From NCBI GenBank assembly GCA_964016885.1, contig OZ024748.1, positions 41,788,001-41,852,000 of the forward strand: DNA of 64,000 bases, read 5' to 3'. Each line of letters begins with the position of its first letter. The stretch's first letter is position 1. Under the pieces are notes generated by a model, which had not been told where the DNA came from, made no database searches, and worked only from the letters and a program-made list of their open reading frames with translations. A program made the translations under genes and the position numbers. This DNA is from Eledone cirrhosa. Taxonomy: Eukaryota. This document shows, piece by piece, positions 53,520 through 63,684 of this stretch.

Positions 53520-54995
53520 ATGAATCGAACTGATGGCAGTGAACTGGTCATTGGTGACCGTATTGAATGTGACGATTATTTTGGAACGATAAGATTTATC
53601 GGAGAAGTTGAATCAATAGAAGATATTTGGCTGGGTATTGATTGGGACGATATTCAGCGAGGAAAACATGATGGTAGCTATAAAGGTAGGCGTTATTTTC
53701 AAGCAGAACATCCTAAATCTGGTTCATTTATTAAACCTTTAAAGGCCAAATTAGGACAATCTTTCCCCGATGCTTATATTTATAAAATTAACGAAGTTCT
53801 AAATATGCCTGCAAGAATTCTAATACTCAGTCAGTATGCAGTTTATGGTCTTGGAACAAAGGAAGTAAGCAACCAGTTTTCTGAAACTGCTTCAAAAATA
53901 ACCGAATTAGATCTTTCTTATAATCTATTAAACAATTGGACTAATGTTGCTGAAATTGCGAACTTGACTCCTAATTTGTTGAGGTTAAACTTAAGTAATA
54001 ACCGTTTAATAATCCCTGGAAAGACAGACACTTTAGCAAAGTCCTTTTCAAAAGTTGGAAATCTTGTTTTAAACCGAATAAACTACAACTGGTCTGATAT
54101 TTTATCAGTTTCGTCCATGTTTCCGTCCCTTCAAAGTTTGTACGTGTGTTTTAATAATTTGGAAAGATTAATTGATACCAGTGGAAAATTGACAAAACTT
54201 AAATTTCTCACATTGACGGACAATCAAATAAAGGATTGGAATGAAGTTTTAAAACTTGGTCAACTTCCAGCTTTAAACAAACTATATTTAAGTAACAATC
54301 AATTGTCGGATGTATTTTTTAATGACGTATCTTTGGAAGATGGCACAAAATCCTCATATTTTCCTTCTCTTGAAAGTCTCGATTTAAATTACAACCTTAT
54401 TAATATGTCGTCAATTGATGAACTTGGTAAATTAGCGAACCTTACTGAGTTGTCTTGCCTTTATAATCCAGTGAATAATATATATGAGGACAAATTATTT
54501 TATTTCATAGTTGGTAAAATTGGAACTTTAAAAATATATGCAAAAGCAAATTTTAACGACGCAGAACGAAGAAATTGTGAAGTTTATTATCTTCGTATGA
54601 TTGAAAAAATGGCATTAGAGAAAAATATCAGCCAAGAAGATATGGCTAAGCTATATTCAAGGTACAAAGAACTGGTAAAAATATATGGGCATGTGAATCC
54701 TGAATCTTTGGTTAATAAAACTAGTGTACTGCGAGATAAATTAATTACTGTTGATATACAAACTCCTAATGTTCCAGATAAAGTGATCAAAAATAAGAAG
54801 TTATCTCCAAATATGACGATTATGAAACTGAAGTCACTGGTACAAAGACTGTTTAAAATTGAAGAAATAACAAATCTCACTCTATCTTATCTCAGCAAGG
54901 AAAATCCTGAAATAGAGATTCCTTTTGAAAATGACCTGCAACAACTGTCACTATACAGCATGGAAAATGGTGACAGTTTAATTGCCAAGTGGTGA
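53520..54995 (+). CDS. TBCE: Tubulin-specific chaperone E-like protein, copy 1 (491 aa, single coding exon)
   Basis: N-terminal CAP-Gly (GTIRFIGEV...WLGIDWDD..RGKHDGSYKG.RYF), central leucine-rich repeats (LDLSYNLL, LNLSNNRL, LYLSNNQL) and C-terminal ubiquitin-like domain. Intact 1,476-nt ORF. Confidence 0.95.
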   Translation: MNRTDGSELVIGDRIECDDYFGTIRFIGEVESIEDIWLGIDWDDIQRGKHDGSYKGRRYFQAEHPKSGSFIKPLKAKLGQSFPDAYIYKINEVLNMPARILILSQYAVYGLGTKEVSNQFSETASKITELDLSYNLLNNWTNVAEIANLTPNLLRLNLSNNRLIIPGKTDTLAKSFSKVGNLVLNRINYNWSDILSVSSMFPSLQSLYVCFNNLERLIDTSGKLTKLKFLTLTDNQIKDWNEVLKLGQLPALNKLYLSNNQLSDVFFNDVSLEDGTKSSYFPSLESLDLNYNLINMSSIDELGKLANLTELSCLYNPVNNIYEDKLFYFIVGKIGTLKIYAKANFNDAERRNCEVYYLRMIEKMALEKNISQEDMAKLYSRYKELVKIYGHVNPESLVNKTSVLRDKLITVDIQTPNVPDKVIKNKKLSPNMTIMKLKSLVQRLFKIEEITNLTLSYLSKENPEIEIPFENDLQQLSLYSMENGDSLIAKW

Positions 54996-55002
54996 TGTTT
55001 AC

Positions 55003-55198
55003 TTAACCCTTTACCATTTACATTGTATTCTATATTTACTATATTTTCACAGTAAAGGCTTTACTTCAGAATCTTACCTCACATGATATCGAATCTATGA
55101 GATTTTGAGAACAATACCTTAACATCAGTATGAGCAGCTGGTTTCAACAGAAAGAGGTGAGGGAACTCTGACCAGATATGGCCGGTTTAAAGGGTTAA
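55003..55198 (-). mobile_element. piggyBac-type MITE inserted 7 nt after the TBCE copy-1 stop codon
   Basis: TTAA-CCCTTTA ... TAAAGGG-TTAA. Reverse complement of the 44294/45359 family. Copy 2 has a single TTAA at the equivalent site. Confidence 0.9.
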
Positions 55199-56048
55199 TA
55201 ATATTTCAGTTTATTATAATCTTAAAGAGACAATTATTCTGTAATTAAATATGTTCTGCTTCCCTGTATAAAATGTTTTTAACAAGTTAAAATATTCTGT
55301 TTGTTTTTGCTGCCACAGTTAAATTTCAGCTTGAGTATTGTATAATGTATATTGTCATAACAATATACATTATACAAGAATTGGCTAAAAAATTTTAGGC
55401 TGACCAAGATACTCTCATGGAATGACCAAATGAGGTTTATTTTTCAACATAGTCCCTGGAAAGAAACTGCAGTTATTAATAAAAAGAGTTGAAATTAATG
55501 CATACAAGATTTCACAGCTCTAGCATCCTCCTTCATAGTCAGCCTATGAACTTTTCAGCCTACCTCCTTACGTCTGTATTGTATAATTTCAAATCTGAAA
55601 TAATTCTTTTATTTCTATATTATTATTTTACAATCAATTTTGGATGGTGTTTACAAAATTGGTCATTTTTTAATTATATTTTGCAATGGAACAAATCTAT
55701 TTAAAAAATAATCCGAATGAGAGAAGTCTAGCACAATTAATTTTATACTAAAATAGAATAATGGTGTTTTTATGCACATTTAATTAATATGTGCAGAAAA
55801 ACAGAGTAACACTTCCAAACTTCTTTCTTTTCAACCTTTCAAAGGATAAGTTAGCAACTGTCAGTCCACACACACGCACACAATTATTTTAGATGAAAGA
55901 CAAATTTGAACTCGGAATGTAAAGATTTAGAAGAATTTAGTCGAATGTTCTAACAATTCTTCCAATCAAACATTCAAGAATAATAACATCAGTGATGTAA
56001 AACCAAGAAGTTCATCTCAGCACATTTCACAATAAACAAATGAAACTT

Positions 56049-56400
56049 GGAGGTATATGGCTTAGTGGTTAGAGTGTTGGGCTGGTAATTATGAGGTTGT
56101 GAGTTCAATTCCTGGACCAGGTAATAATTGTCTCCTTGAGCAAGACTATTTTACGTTGCTCCAGTTTACTCAGCTGTATATATGAGTTGCAACGTCACTG
56201 GTACCAAACTGTATCAACCTTTGGACAATATATATAGTGTGTATATATATATTGTATACAATGTTTATATAATGTAGAAATGAGTTACAAATATCATTGG
56301 TGCTCAGCTGTATCAGTCATTGACTTTCCTTTGGACATCGGTGAGGAGAGAGATATGCATGAGCGACTGCTGCTCTTCCATAAACAACCTTGCCTGGACT
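56049..56400 (+). mobile_element. tRNA-CORE SINE, degenerate
   Basis: GGAGGTATATGGCTTAGTGGTTAG...GAGTTCAATTCC...CCTTGAGCAAGAC...GCTCCAGTTTACTCAGCTG. Confidence 0.75.
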
Positions 56401-56519
56401 TTTTCTCAGGAATTCATGAATTTTGGTTGAATTTCTCTAATTATAACTTTGATTATATATATATATATATATTGAAAAAAATACAGATTTGTAAAGCATT
56501 TTATTATATATGTATATAT

Positions 56520-57152
56520 ACATAGAAGGCTACGTTGGTATGGACACGTGATGCGCATGAAAGTCGATAGCTGTATAACAAAGTGCAGGGCAATAAAGAT
56601 AGACGGTAGCCACGGAATAGGCAGACCTAGAAAAACCTGGGACGAGCTGATAAACTCCGACCTCACACACTTACACCTCTCCAAGACAATGTCACTGGAC
56701 CGAGACCTTTGGCGGTACTCAGTAACAGAGAAGACCCGCCTTACCTAAATACATAGTAAAACCTACTACAGCCAGTAGGCATCTCTAACAAAATACACCC
56801 CCCCACCCCCCACCCCCGTCCCACCACCACCACCCCATCCACACCACCCCGTTCTATGTAAAGTTATGTTGGTACCACACCATCCAGGCCGAAACAAATG
56901 AGATCGTGTAGGTGTCACGACAAAAAAACACACAGTCCACGCTGTAATGTGGCCGTGTAGGCAACACGGTAAAAACCTCCCAGACCCACACTGTAAATGT
57001 GGTTGGTGTTAGGAAGGGCATCCAACTGTAGAAAACCTGCCAGACAGTCCTATGCGAACAAGACAATCACTCTTGCCCCAGGTGGGACTACCCCCGTCCA
57101 AACCCATGCAAGCGTGGAACACGGACGTTAAACGTTGATGATGATGATGATG
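56520..57152 (+). mobile_element. 5'-truncated RTE-type LINE: ORF end plus 3' UTR ending in (GAT)n
   Basis: RRLRWYGHVMRM...GRPRKTW peptide. The 3' UTR contains GGTTGGTGTTAGGAAGGGCATCC...CATGCAAGCGTGGAACACGGACGTTAAA(GAT)n. Flanked by TA-rich runs. Confidence 0.8.
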
Positions 57153-57465
57153 ATATATATATATATTTATATATATATATATTTATATATATATATACAC
57201 CCACATATATATATATATGCATACACTATAGTGAATGAAAGAAAGAAAACTTTTATTTATTCAGATGTATATAACAATATAAAACATTTTATTACAAAAA
57301 TATATATCGCTGTAGCGTATTAATAGTTAATCAAAATATATTTGTCCAAAATTAAATTCAAAATAAAATGATTATAAAATCCCTGAAAAGAACCAAGTTT
57401 AAATAAAAGTTCAAAAGAAGCAGCAATTATTATTATCATTATTATTATTATCATTGTTATTGTTA

Positions 57466-58283
57466 TTCCTTGAATCTCAGTCATTGATGTTGGTTAACTG
57501 GAAAGTCCGTTGGATTGAATATCAAGCCACTACCTGCAGCCTCAGATATTCAGGACGTATCGGAGGGTTCTTGCTGTTCCAAGCAAGCATGCCTTTTGAA
57601 GCGTTCCAAAAAGCGTGAAGGGGCCGATTTTCTTTAACCATCCCTGGAAACCTTTGGAGATAGTCCCCAGTGCGCCTATGACAATCGGGATCACTTTGAC
57701 TTCATGGCAGTTCCAAATCCTTTTCACCTCCCACTTTAGGTCCTGGTATCGGTTAATTTTCTCCCTCTCCTTCTCTTGCACTCTCGTGTCGAACGGGCAG
57801 GCCACATCCACAATCAGGCACAATCTTTTTTCTTTGTCCACAACCACCAGGTCAGGTCTATTGTGTTCCAGTTTTTTGTCCGTCTGTATCCTAAAATCCC
57901 ACAGCACCTTCACCTGACTGTTCTCCATCACCGCCTCTGGCCTATGCTCATACCATTTCTCAGAATGTGGTAGATTGTTTACTTTGCACAGGTGCCAGTG
58001 GATCACCCTGCCCATCACATCGTGTCTCCAGCCCTTATAGTGGGTCTGGGCTAGGTGTTTACACTCGGACACAATGTGAGCCACAGTCTCCTCTCTCTCT
58101 CCACAGATCCTGCACAGTGGGCTAGCCTCCTCCTTGTAGATATGGTGCTTCAACCACTTCGTTTTGAAGGCCTGCTCCTGCGCAGCCATTAGCATTCCTT
58201 CTGTAGCCTTTTTGAGGTCTCCTCTTCTCAACCAGTTCCATGTCTGTGGATCTCTAAATTCAGTTTTCTCAAAGAAGGTACTA
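57466..58283 (-). mobile_element. R4/Dong-type (restriction-like endonuclease) non-LTR retrotransposon 3' fragment in (TAA)n
   Basis: CCHC knuckle CRIC..ETVAHIVSEC, RHD, RPDL...IVDVACP...K..Y and PIVIGALG motifs. (ATT)n tracts flank both sides, as expected for Dong target preference. Confidence 0.9.
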
Positions 58284-58345
58284 TGAAGGGATTATTATTA
58301 TCATTATTATCATTATTATTATCATTATTATTATTACATAAAAAA

Positions 58346-58545
58346 GGGCGGTGGATTGGCAGTATCGGTAGAGGGTCAGACGCCATGCTTTCCAGCATAG
58401 TTACGTCCCTTTACGATCTGAGTTCAAATCCCGCCGAGGTTGACTTTGCCTTTCATCCTTACGGGGTCGATAAAATAAAGTACCAGTAATGCACTGGGTA
58501 ATTGCTGGCCTTGTGCCTAAAGTAGAAACAATTATTATTATTACA
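58346..58545 (+). mobile_element. Full-length tRNA-derived SINE (Nin/Deu-type family)
   Basis: GGGCGGTGGATTGGCAGTATCGGTAG (A box-like) ... GAGTTCAAATCC (B box) ... (ATT)n tail. Confidence 0.88.
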
Positions 58546-58627
58546 TAATTCCTTGTTTTTATGGACAGCATGAATAATATTATTTAGTGTCTGCACTGAG
58601 CTTTAACTGTTTGTGGATTATATATAT

Positions 58628-59066
58628 CATCATCATCACCAATTTACGTCCGTTCTTCCACGCTAGCATGGGTTTGACAGGTTGTCCTGTTGTGGTCAGT
58701 GTCCAGTCGGCTGACCTTGTCTTGCTCATACGGGAACTGATTCCGGCTTGATTTCTACAGATGGATGCCCTTCCTAACACCAACCTTATTTACAGTGAGT
58801 GCTGGGTGCTTTTTTTTCCGTGGCGCCTACACGTCCATTTTACAGTGAGGGCTGGGTGCTTTTTTGCCGTGGCACCTCCATGACCATTTTGCAGTGGAAT
58901 GATAGGGACCCCAGTCCCTATCATCTCATTTCTACAGCTGAGTAAACTGGAGCAATGAGAAATAAAGTATCTTGCTCAAGGAAACAACACATCACCCGGT
59001 CTGAGAATTGAACTCACAACCTTTCGTTTGCAATCCCAAAGCTCTAACCACTAAGCCATGTGCCTT
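58628..59066 (-). mobile_element. tRNA-CORE SINE with RTE-type tail and an internal duplication of about 50 bp
   Basis: Near-identical to 45006-45347. TTACAGTGAG..GCTGGGTGCTTTTT..CCGTGGC occurs twice. Confidence 0.85.
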
Positions 59067-59238
59067 CATATATATATATATTGGAATGCATTTATTGTTG
59101 GCTTTAAGAAGGGTATTCAGCCGTAGAAACCAGCAAAAAACTGTCATCCGACCTGGATGTCTTACAACAGGATGGCACGTCTTATCCATGGTAGCGTGGA
59201 AAATGGATGTTATGATGATTATATATATATATATATAT

Positions 59239-59671
59239 GGGATAACAAGTTATCATTATAGGTAATCCAGTTAGAGGTTGTGAGTACTCTGCGTCGTGGA
59301 TTGTTTCAACGTGCGGCTTTTTTTTACTCAACAAGATGCTTCCATAGTTATGCAGCGAGTTTGTGGTAATTTTTATGCAGGTTGTAGTTGGAGTAATAAT
59401 AGTTAAAGAATGAAGATTAACATGGTTGGCTGTACAATAAGGGCTTTATTTAAAGTACTGACAATTGTTTCGTTGATCATGTGGGTCTAGAGTTCGCTAT
59501 CTACATGCTCTGATGTGTTGACCATAGGTGAATAATGTATTGGAGATCGAATAACACAACATCAAGCGATTAGCGAACTCTAGACCCACATGATCAACGA
59601 AACAATTGTCAGTACTTTAAATAAAGCCCTTATTGTACAGCCAACCATGTTAATCTTCATTCTTTAACTAT
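59239..59671. mobile_element. Probable Penelope-like element remnant: perfect 101-bp inverted repeat with a hammerhead-like motif, inserted in (TA)n
   Basis: Arms 59399-59499 and 59571-59671 are exact reverse complements. CTGATG(59510)...GAAAC-AATT-GTC(59599-59610) is followed by AATAAA(59620). TA runs lie on both sides. Confidence 0.6.
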
Positions 59672-59809
59672 ATATATATATATATATATATAGTTATCCT
59701 CCATTATTTGCAGGAGTTATCTTCCTAGAGCACCTACAAATATTGGACGTGGTTCATAAAAATGCCTATAAATGTCAAAATATTGTGTAAAATATAATAA
59801 AAAGAGAGG

Positions 59810-60026
59810 GACCGTCTTATGTGAAGGGGCGTCCAATAGGCCAACAAATACGGTATAGTGTTGTTATTAATTTATAGGTTAAAAAAATATATATTGCCAT
59901 AAAAAATTGCAGAAGATATTTACGATTCTGCGAATATGTAGTGGTTTCCATGAACAATTATTAGTTAGGTTCTAATGAAAATTATGCAAATAACTAGGAA
60001 CGTGAATGCCGGGGGTACACTGTATA
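59810..60026. mobile_element. Possible Tc1/mariner-Tigger-type MITE ends
   Basis: Termini-like strings AAATACGG-TA (about 59855) and CGGGGGTACACTG-TA (about 60025). Partner TIRs not found. Confidence 0.25.
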
Positions 60027-60089
60027 TATTATTGAAAAAGTGTCCTGTGTGGCTAAGATCATACAAAATAAATTTTTTTAAATGGTGGG

Positions 60090-60395
60090 TTAAGACAACA
60101 GAAAAATAGACGAAACACAGGACAGTCCATTCTCATGTTTTGCCAACATTTTGATGTCCTTTGCAACTTTAATTTCAGAATCACCGTCACTTTCAAACTG
60201 TAATCCAAATTCTTCTGCAAACTTCCTACTTTCCTTTGTGATTGAATGTAACCTCTTCCTTTTGTGATCTGCAACCATTTTCTTCATCCAGTCATCTGTA
60301 GTTTTAAGGTATTAATTGAGCCCAATGGTATGACAGCTCAAGCTGGATCATTCCTCCACCTACATTTTGTTTAGGGAGATGACAAAATGGAGGTA
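60090..60395 (-). mobile_element. Degraded R4/Dong-type LINE fragment (post-RT region)
   Basis: Minus strand reads HLPKQNVGGGMIQLELSY..., then YLKTTDDWMKKMVADH...LHSITKESRKF with disruptions. Resembles the LYLPR-x-GGRGL thumb motif. Confidence 0.6.
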
Positions 60396-60595
60396 TTGTT
60401 ATTGTAGGTGTTGGCTTTCTCCACAACTGACCCTCAGAAGTCTCTCTATTGGGGAATTTTTCCTTGTTTCTTTTTTTGTTACATCCTGTTTTTGTTTTTT
60501 ACATGCAGAAATGCCCAATTGTAACGTCCTGTACTGTCCTTAATGTTATACTTTATGTCAACCCTTCTGGTTAATAAAGAAAACATTATTATTCT

Positions 60596-60790
60596 AGGTG
60601 GCTTGGCAGTATCGGTAGTGGGTCGGACACCATGATTTTCAGCGTAGAGTTGTGGCCCTTTACAGTCTGCGTTCAAATCCCGCCGAGGTTAACTTTGCCT
60701 TTCATCCTTACGGGGTCGATAAAATAAAGTACCAGTAATGCACTGAGTATTTCTGGCCTTGTGCCAAAAAGTAGAATCAATTATTATTAG
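60596..60790 (+). mobile_element. SINE (Nin/Deu-type family)
   Basis: Same consensus as 58346-58545. Confidence 0.85.
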
Positions 60791-61363
60791 GACAGTGAAT
60801 TGTTACGTCCCCTGTAAAATTAATTGACTTATCTCCCCTGTAAATTATTATTAATCTGGTGCGCACATTTGAAAGGGTTGAAAACAAGTACTTACCTCTT
60901 CAGCAAAGACCTGTTTAACTTTTTCAGGTTTCACTTGAAGAGGGAAGTGCTACCTTCCAACCAGTTTGTTGAAAGGTGGGAGAGTGGTGAGCACGGCTCG
61001 TGTAAATGGACCTGCTCTGAGTATACACCTGTAGATGGATAGTGGCACTTAAGTTTAACATCAGTTAGAGTAACAATGGCATTATGTGGGCTTTCTCCAC
61101 AAATGACCCTCAGAGGTCACTCCCACTTCTATTGAGGAATCAGTTTTTGTTTGTTTGATTTTTAAATGTTTATTTTCTTAAATTTTGTTATAACTTTTTT
61201 TTTTTTTCACACACAAAACCCCACAGTTTGCTTAATGTCAGTCATTTCAGGTTAATAAAGAAATCGTTATAATCAAAAATTGGAGAAACCATTATTATTA
61301 TTATAACAACAACAGAATAATTGTCTCTTTAAGATTATAATAAACTGGAATGTTAAGTAAACA

Positions 61364-62839
61364 TCACCACTTGGCAATTAAACTGTCAACATTTTCCATG
61401 CTGTATAGTGACAGTTGTTGCAGGTCATTTTGTAAATAAATCTCAATTTCAGGATTTTCCTTGCTGAGATAAAATAGAGTGACATTTGTTATTTCTTCAA
61501 TTTTAAACAGTCTTTGTACCAGTGACTTCAGTTTCATAATCGTCATATTTGGAGATAACTTCTTATTTTTGATCACTTTATCTGGAACATTAGGAGTTTG
61601 TATATCAACAGTAATTAATTTATCTCGCAGTACACTAGTTTTATTAACCAAAGATTCAGGATTCACATGCCCATATATTTTTACCAGTTCTTTGTACCTT
61701 GAATATAGCTTAGCCATATCTTCTTGGCTGATATTTTTCTCTAATGCCATTTTTTCAATCATACGAAGATAATAAACTTCACAATTTTTTCGTTCTGCGT
61801 CGTTAAAATTTGCTTTTGCATATATTTTTAAAGTTCCAATTTTACCAACTATGAAATAAAATAATTTGTCCTCATATATATTATTCACTGGATTATAAAG
61901 GCAAGACAACTCAGTAAGGTTCGCTAATTTACCAAGTTCATCAATTGACGACATATTAATAAGGTTGTAATTTAAATCGAGACTTTCAAGAGAAGGAAAA
62001 TATGAGGATTTTGTGCCATCTTCCAAAGATACGTCATTAAAAAATACATCCGACAATTGATTGTTACTTAAATATAGTTTGTTTAAAGCTGGAAGTTGAC
62101 CAAGTTTTAAAACTTCATTCCAATCCTTTATTTGATTGTCCGTCAATGTGAGAAATTTAAGTTTTGTCAATTTTCCACTGGTATCAATTAATCTTTCCAA
62201 ATTATTAAAACACACGTACAAACTTTGAAGGGACGGAAACATGGACGAAACTGATAAAATATCAGACCAGTTGTAGTTTATTCGGTTTAAAACAAGATTT
62301 CCAACTTTTGAAAAGGACTTTGCTAAAGTGTCTGTCTTTCCAGGGATTATTAAACGGTTATTACTTAAGTTTAACCTCAACAAATTAGGGGTCAAGTTTG
62401 CAATTTCAGCAACATTAGTCCAATTGCTGAATAGATTATAAGAAAGATCTAATTCGGTTATTTTTGAAGCAGTTTCAGAAAACTGGTTGCTTACTTCCTT
62501 TGTTCCAAGACCATAAACTGCATACTGACTGAGTATTAGAATTCTTGCAGGCATATTTAGAACTTCGTTAATTTTATAAATATAAGCATCGGGGAAAGAT
62601 TGTCCTAATTTGGCCTTTAAAGGTTTAATAAATGAACCAGATTTAGGATGTTCTGCTTGAAAATAACGCCTACCTTTATAGCTACCATCATGTTTTCCTC
62701 GCTGAATATCGTCCCAATCAATACCCAGCCAAATATCTTCTATTGATTCAACTTCTCCGATAAATTTTATCGTCCCAAAATAATCGTCACATTCAATACG
62801 GTCACCAATGACCAGTTCACTGCCATCAGTTCGATTCAT
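61364..62839 (-). CDS. TBCE: Tubulin-specific chaperone E-like protein, copy 2 (491 aa, single coding exon)
   Basis: Same CAP-Gly/LRR/UBL architecture; 10 amino-acid differences from copy 1; ORF intact. Confidence 0.95.
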   Translation of the reverse strand: MNRTDGSELVIGDRIECDDYFGTIKFIGEVESIEDIWLGIDWDDIQRGKHDGSYKGRRYFQAEHPKSGSFIKPLKAKLGQSFPDAYIYKINEVLNMPARILILSQYAVYGLGTKEVSNQFSETASKITELDLSYNLFSNWTNVAEIANLTPNLLRLNLSNNRLIIPGKTDTLAKSFSKVGNLVLNRINYNWSDILSVSSMFPSLQSLYVCFNNLERLIDTSGKLTKLKFLTLTDNQIKDWNEVLKLGQLPALNKLYLSNNQLSDVFFNDVSLEDGTKSSYFPSLESLDLNYNLINMSSIDELGKLANLTELSCLYNPVNNIYEDKLFYFIVGKIGTLKIYAKANFNDAERKNCEVYYLRMIEKMALEKNISQEDMAKLYSRYKELVKIYGHVNPESLVNKTSVLRDKLITVDIQTPNVPDKVIKNKKLSPNMTIMKLKSLVQRLFKIEEITNVTLFYLSKENPEIEIYLQNDLQQLSLYSMENVDSLIAKW

Positions 62840-63199
62840 GTTTATTATTTAATGTTTCACCGTCATCTGTGAATTAACACACCATCACTGGGAACTCTGA
62901 GAGTGATTTCCCTTTCCATTGACAAACGATCTTCATTGTCGCTCGATTCCCCGGATTTATTTCACATTCTCAAATGATATACAGTATTCTACAATACAAC
63001 CACCATATATCAGACTTGCCAAACTCTAAAATCCCAAATGGTGAGTACCATGAAAAAAAGTGCCCCAAAACTGGGAGAAATGGGGAGATTCTACATAATG
63101 AAAACTATACCCATTTTCACAAGAAAAGACTTCTCTCACCCAACCCAAACTGAGTGGGAGATCTCCCCGTCGGACGGGAGAGTTGACACGTCTGATTGT

Positions 63200-63380
63200 G
63201 GGGGTGGTTTGGCAGTATCGGTAGAGTGTCAGACACCATGCTTTGCATAATAGAATTAGGGCCCTTTACGTTATGAGTTCAAATCCCGTCGAGGTTATCT
63301 TTGCCTTTCATCCTTACGGGGTTGATAAAGTCAAGTAATGCACTGGGGATAATTGCTGGCCTTGTGCCAAAAAATAGATA
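63200..63380 (+). mobile_element. SINE (Nin/Deu-type family), more diverged
   Basis: GGGGTGGTTTGGCAGTATCGGTAG...GAGTTCAAATCCCG...CATCCTTACGGGG...GGCCTTGTGCCAAAA. Confidence 0.8.
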
Positions 63381-63684
63381 CTGGTTGCAGATTTCAATGA
63401 TTCCTGCACTGAATACCTCAAAATATTGTAACATCTTCCTCTTTAGGTTTTTATTAAATATCTAAATATATATATCATTGTAAACATTTTCTGGGGCTAA
63501 GGGACTTTAACCCCTCCAATATTTTGTTTCAATATACTTCAGCTTTGGTTTTTACTACTCTGATTTTCTACTCCAAGTATGTTAGTATGATGTTTTTTTA
63601 AATTTCTTTCTTAGTCTAGCAATGATGATAAAAGTGTGAGCTAATAATAATAATCGTTTCTACTGTTGGCACAAGGCCAGCAAT

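Noticed and set aside
54587-54880. 97-aa antisense ORFs (also 61479-61772) and the 53200-53496 ORF
   Set aside because: The first two are shadow frames of the TBCE CDS. The upstream ORF has a non-ATG start and no recognisable motif.
53520-62839. TBCE pair plus satellite as a meiotic-drive system
   Set aside because: It rests on proximity alone. Nothing in the sequence shows centromere function or germline expression.
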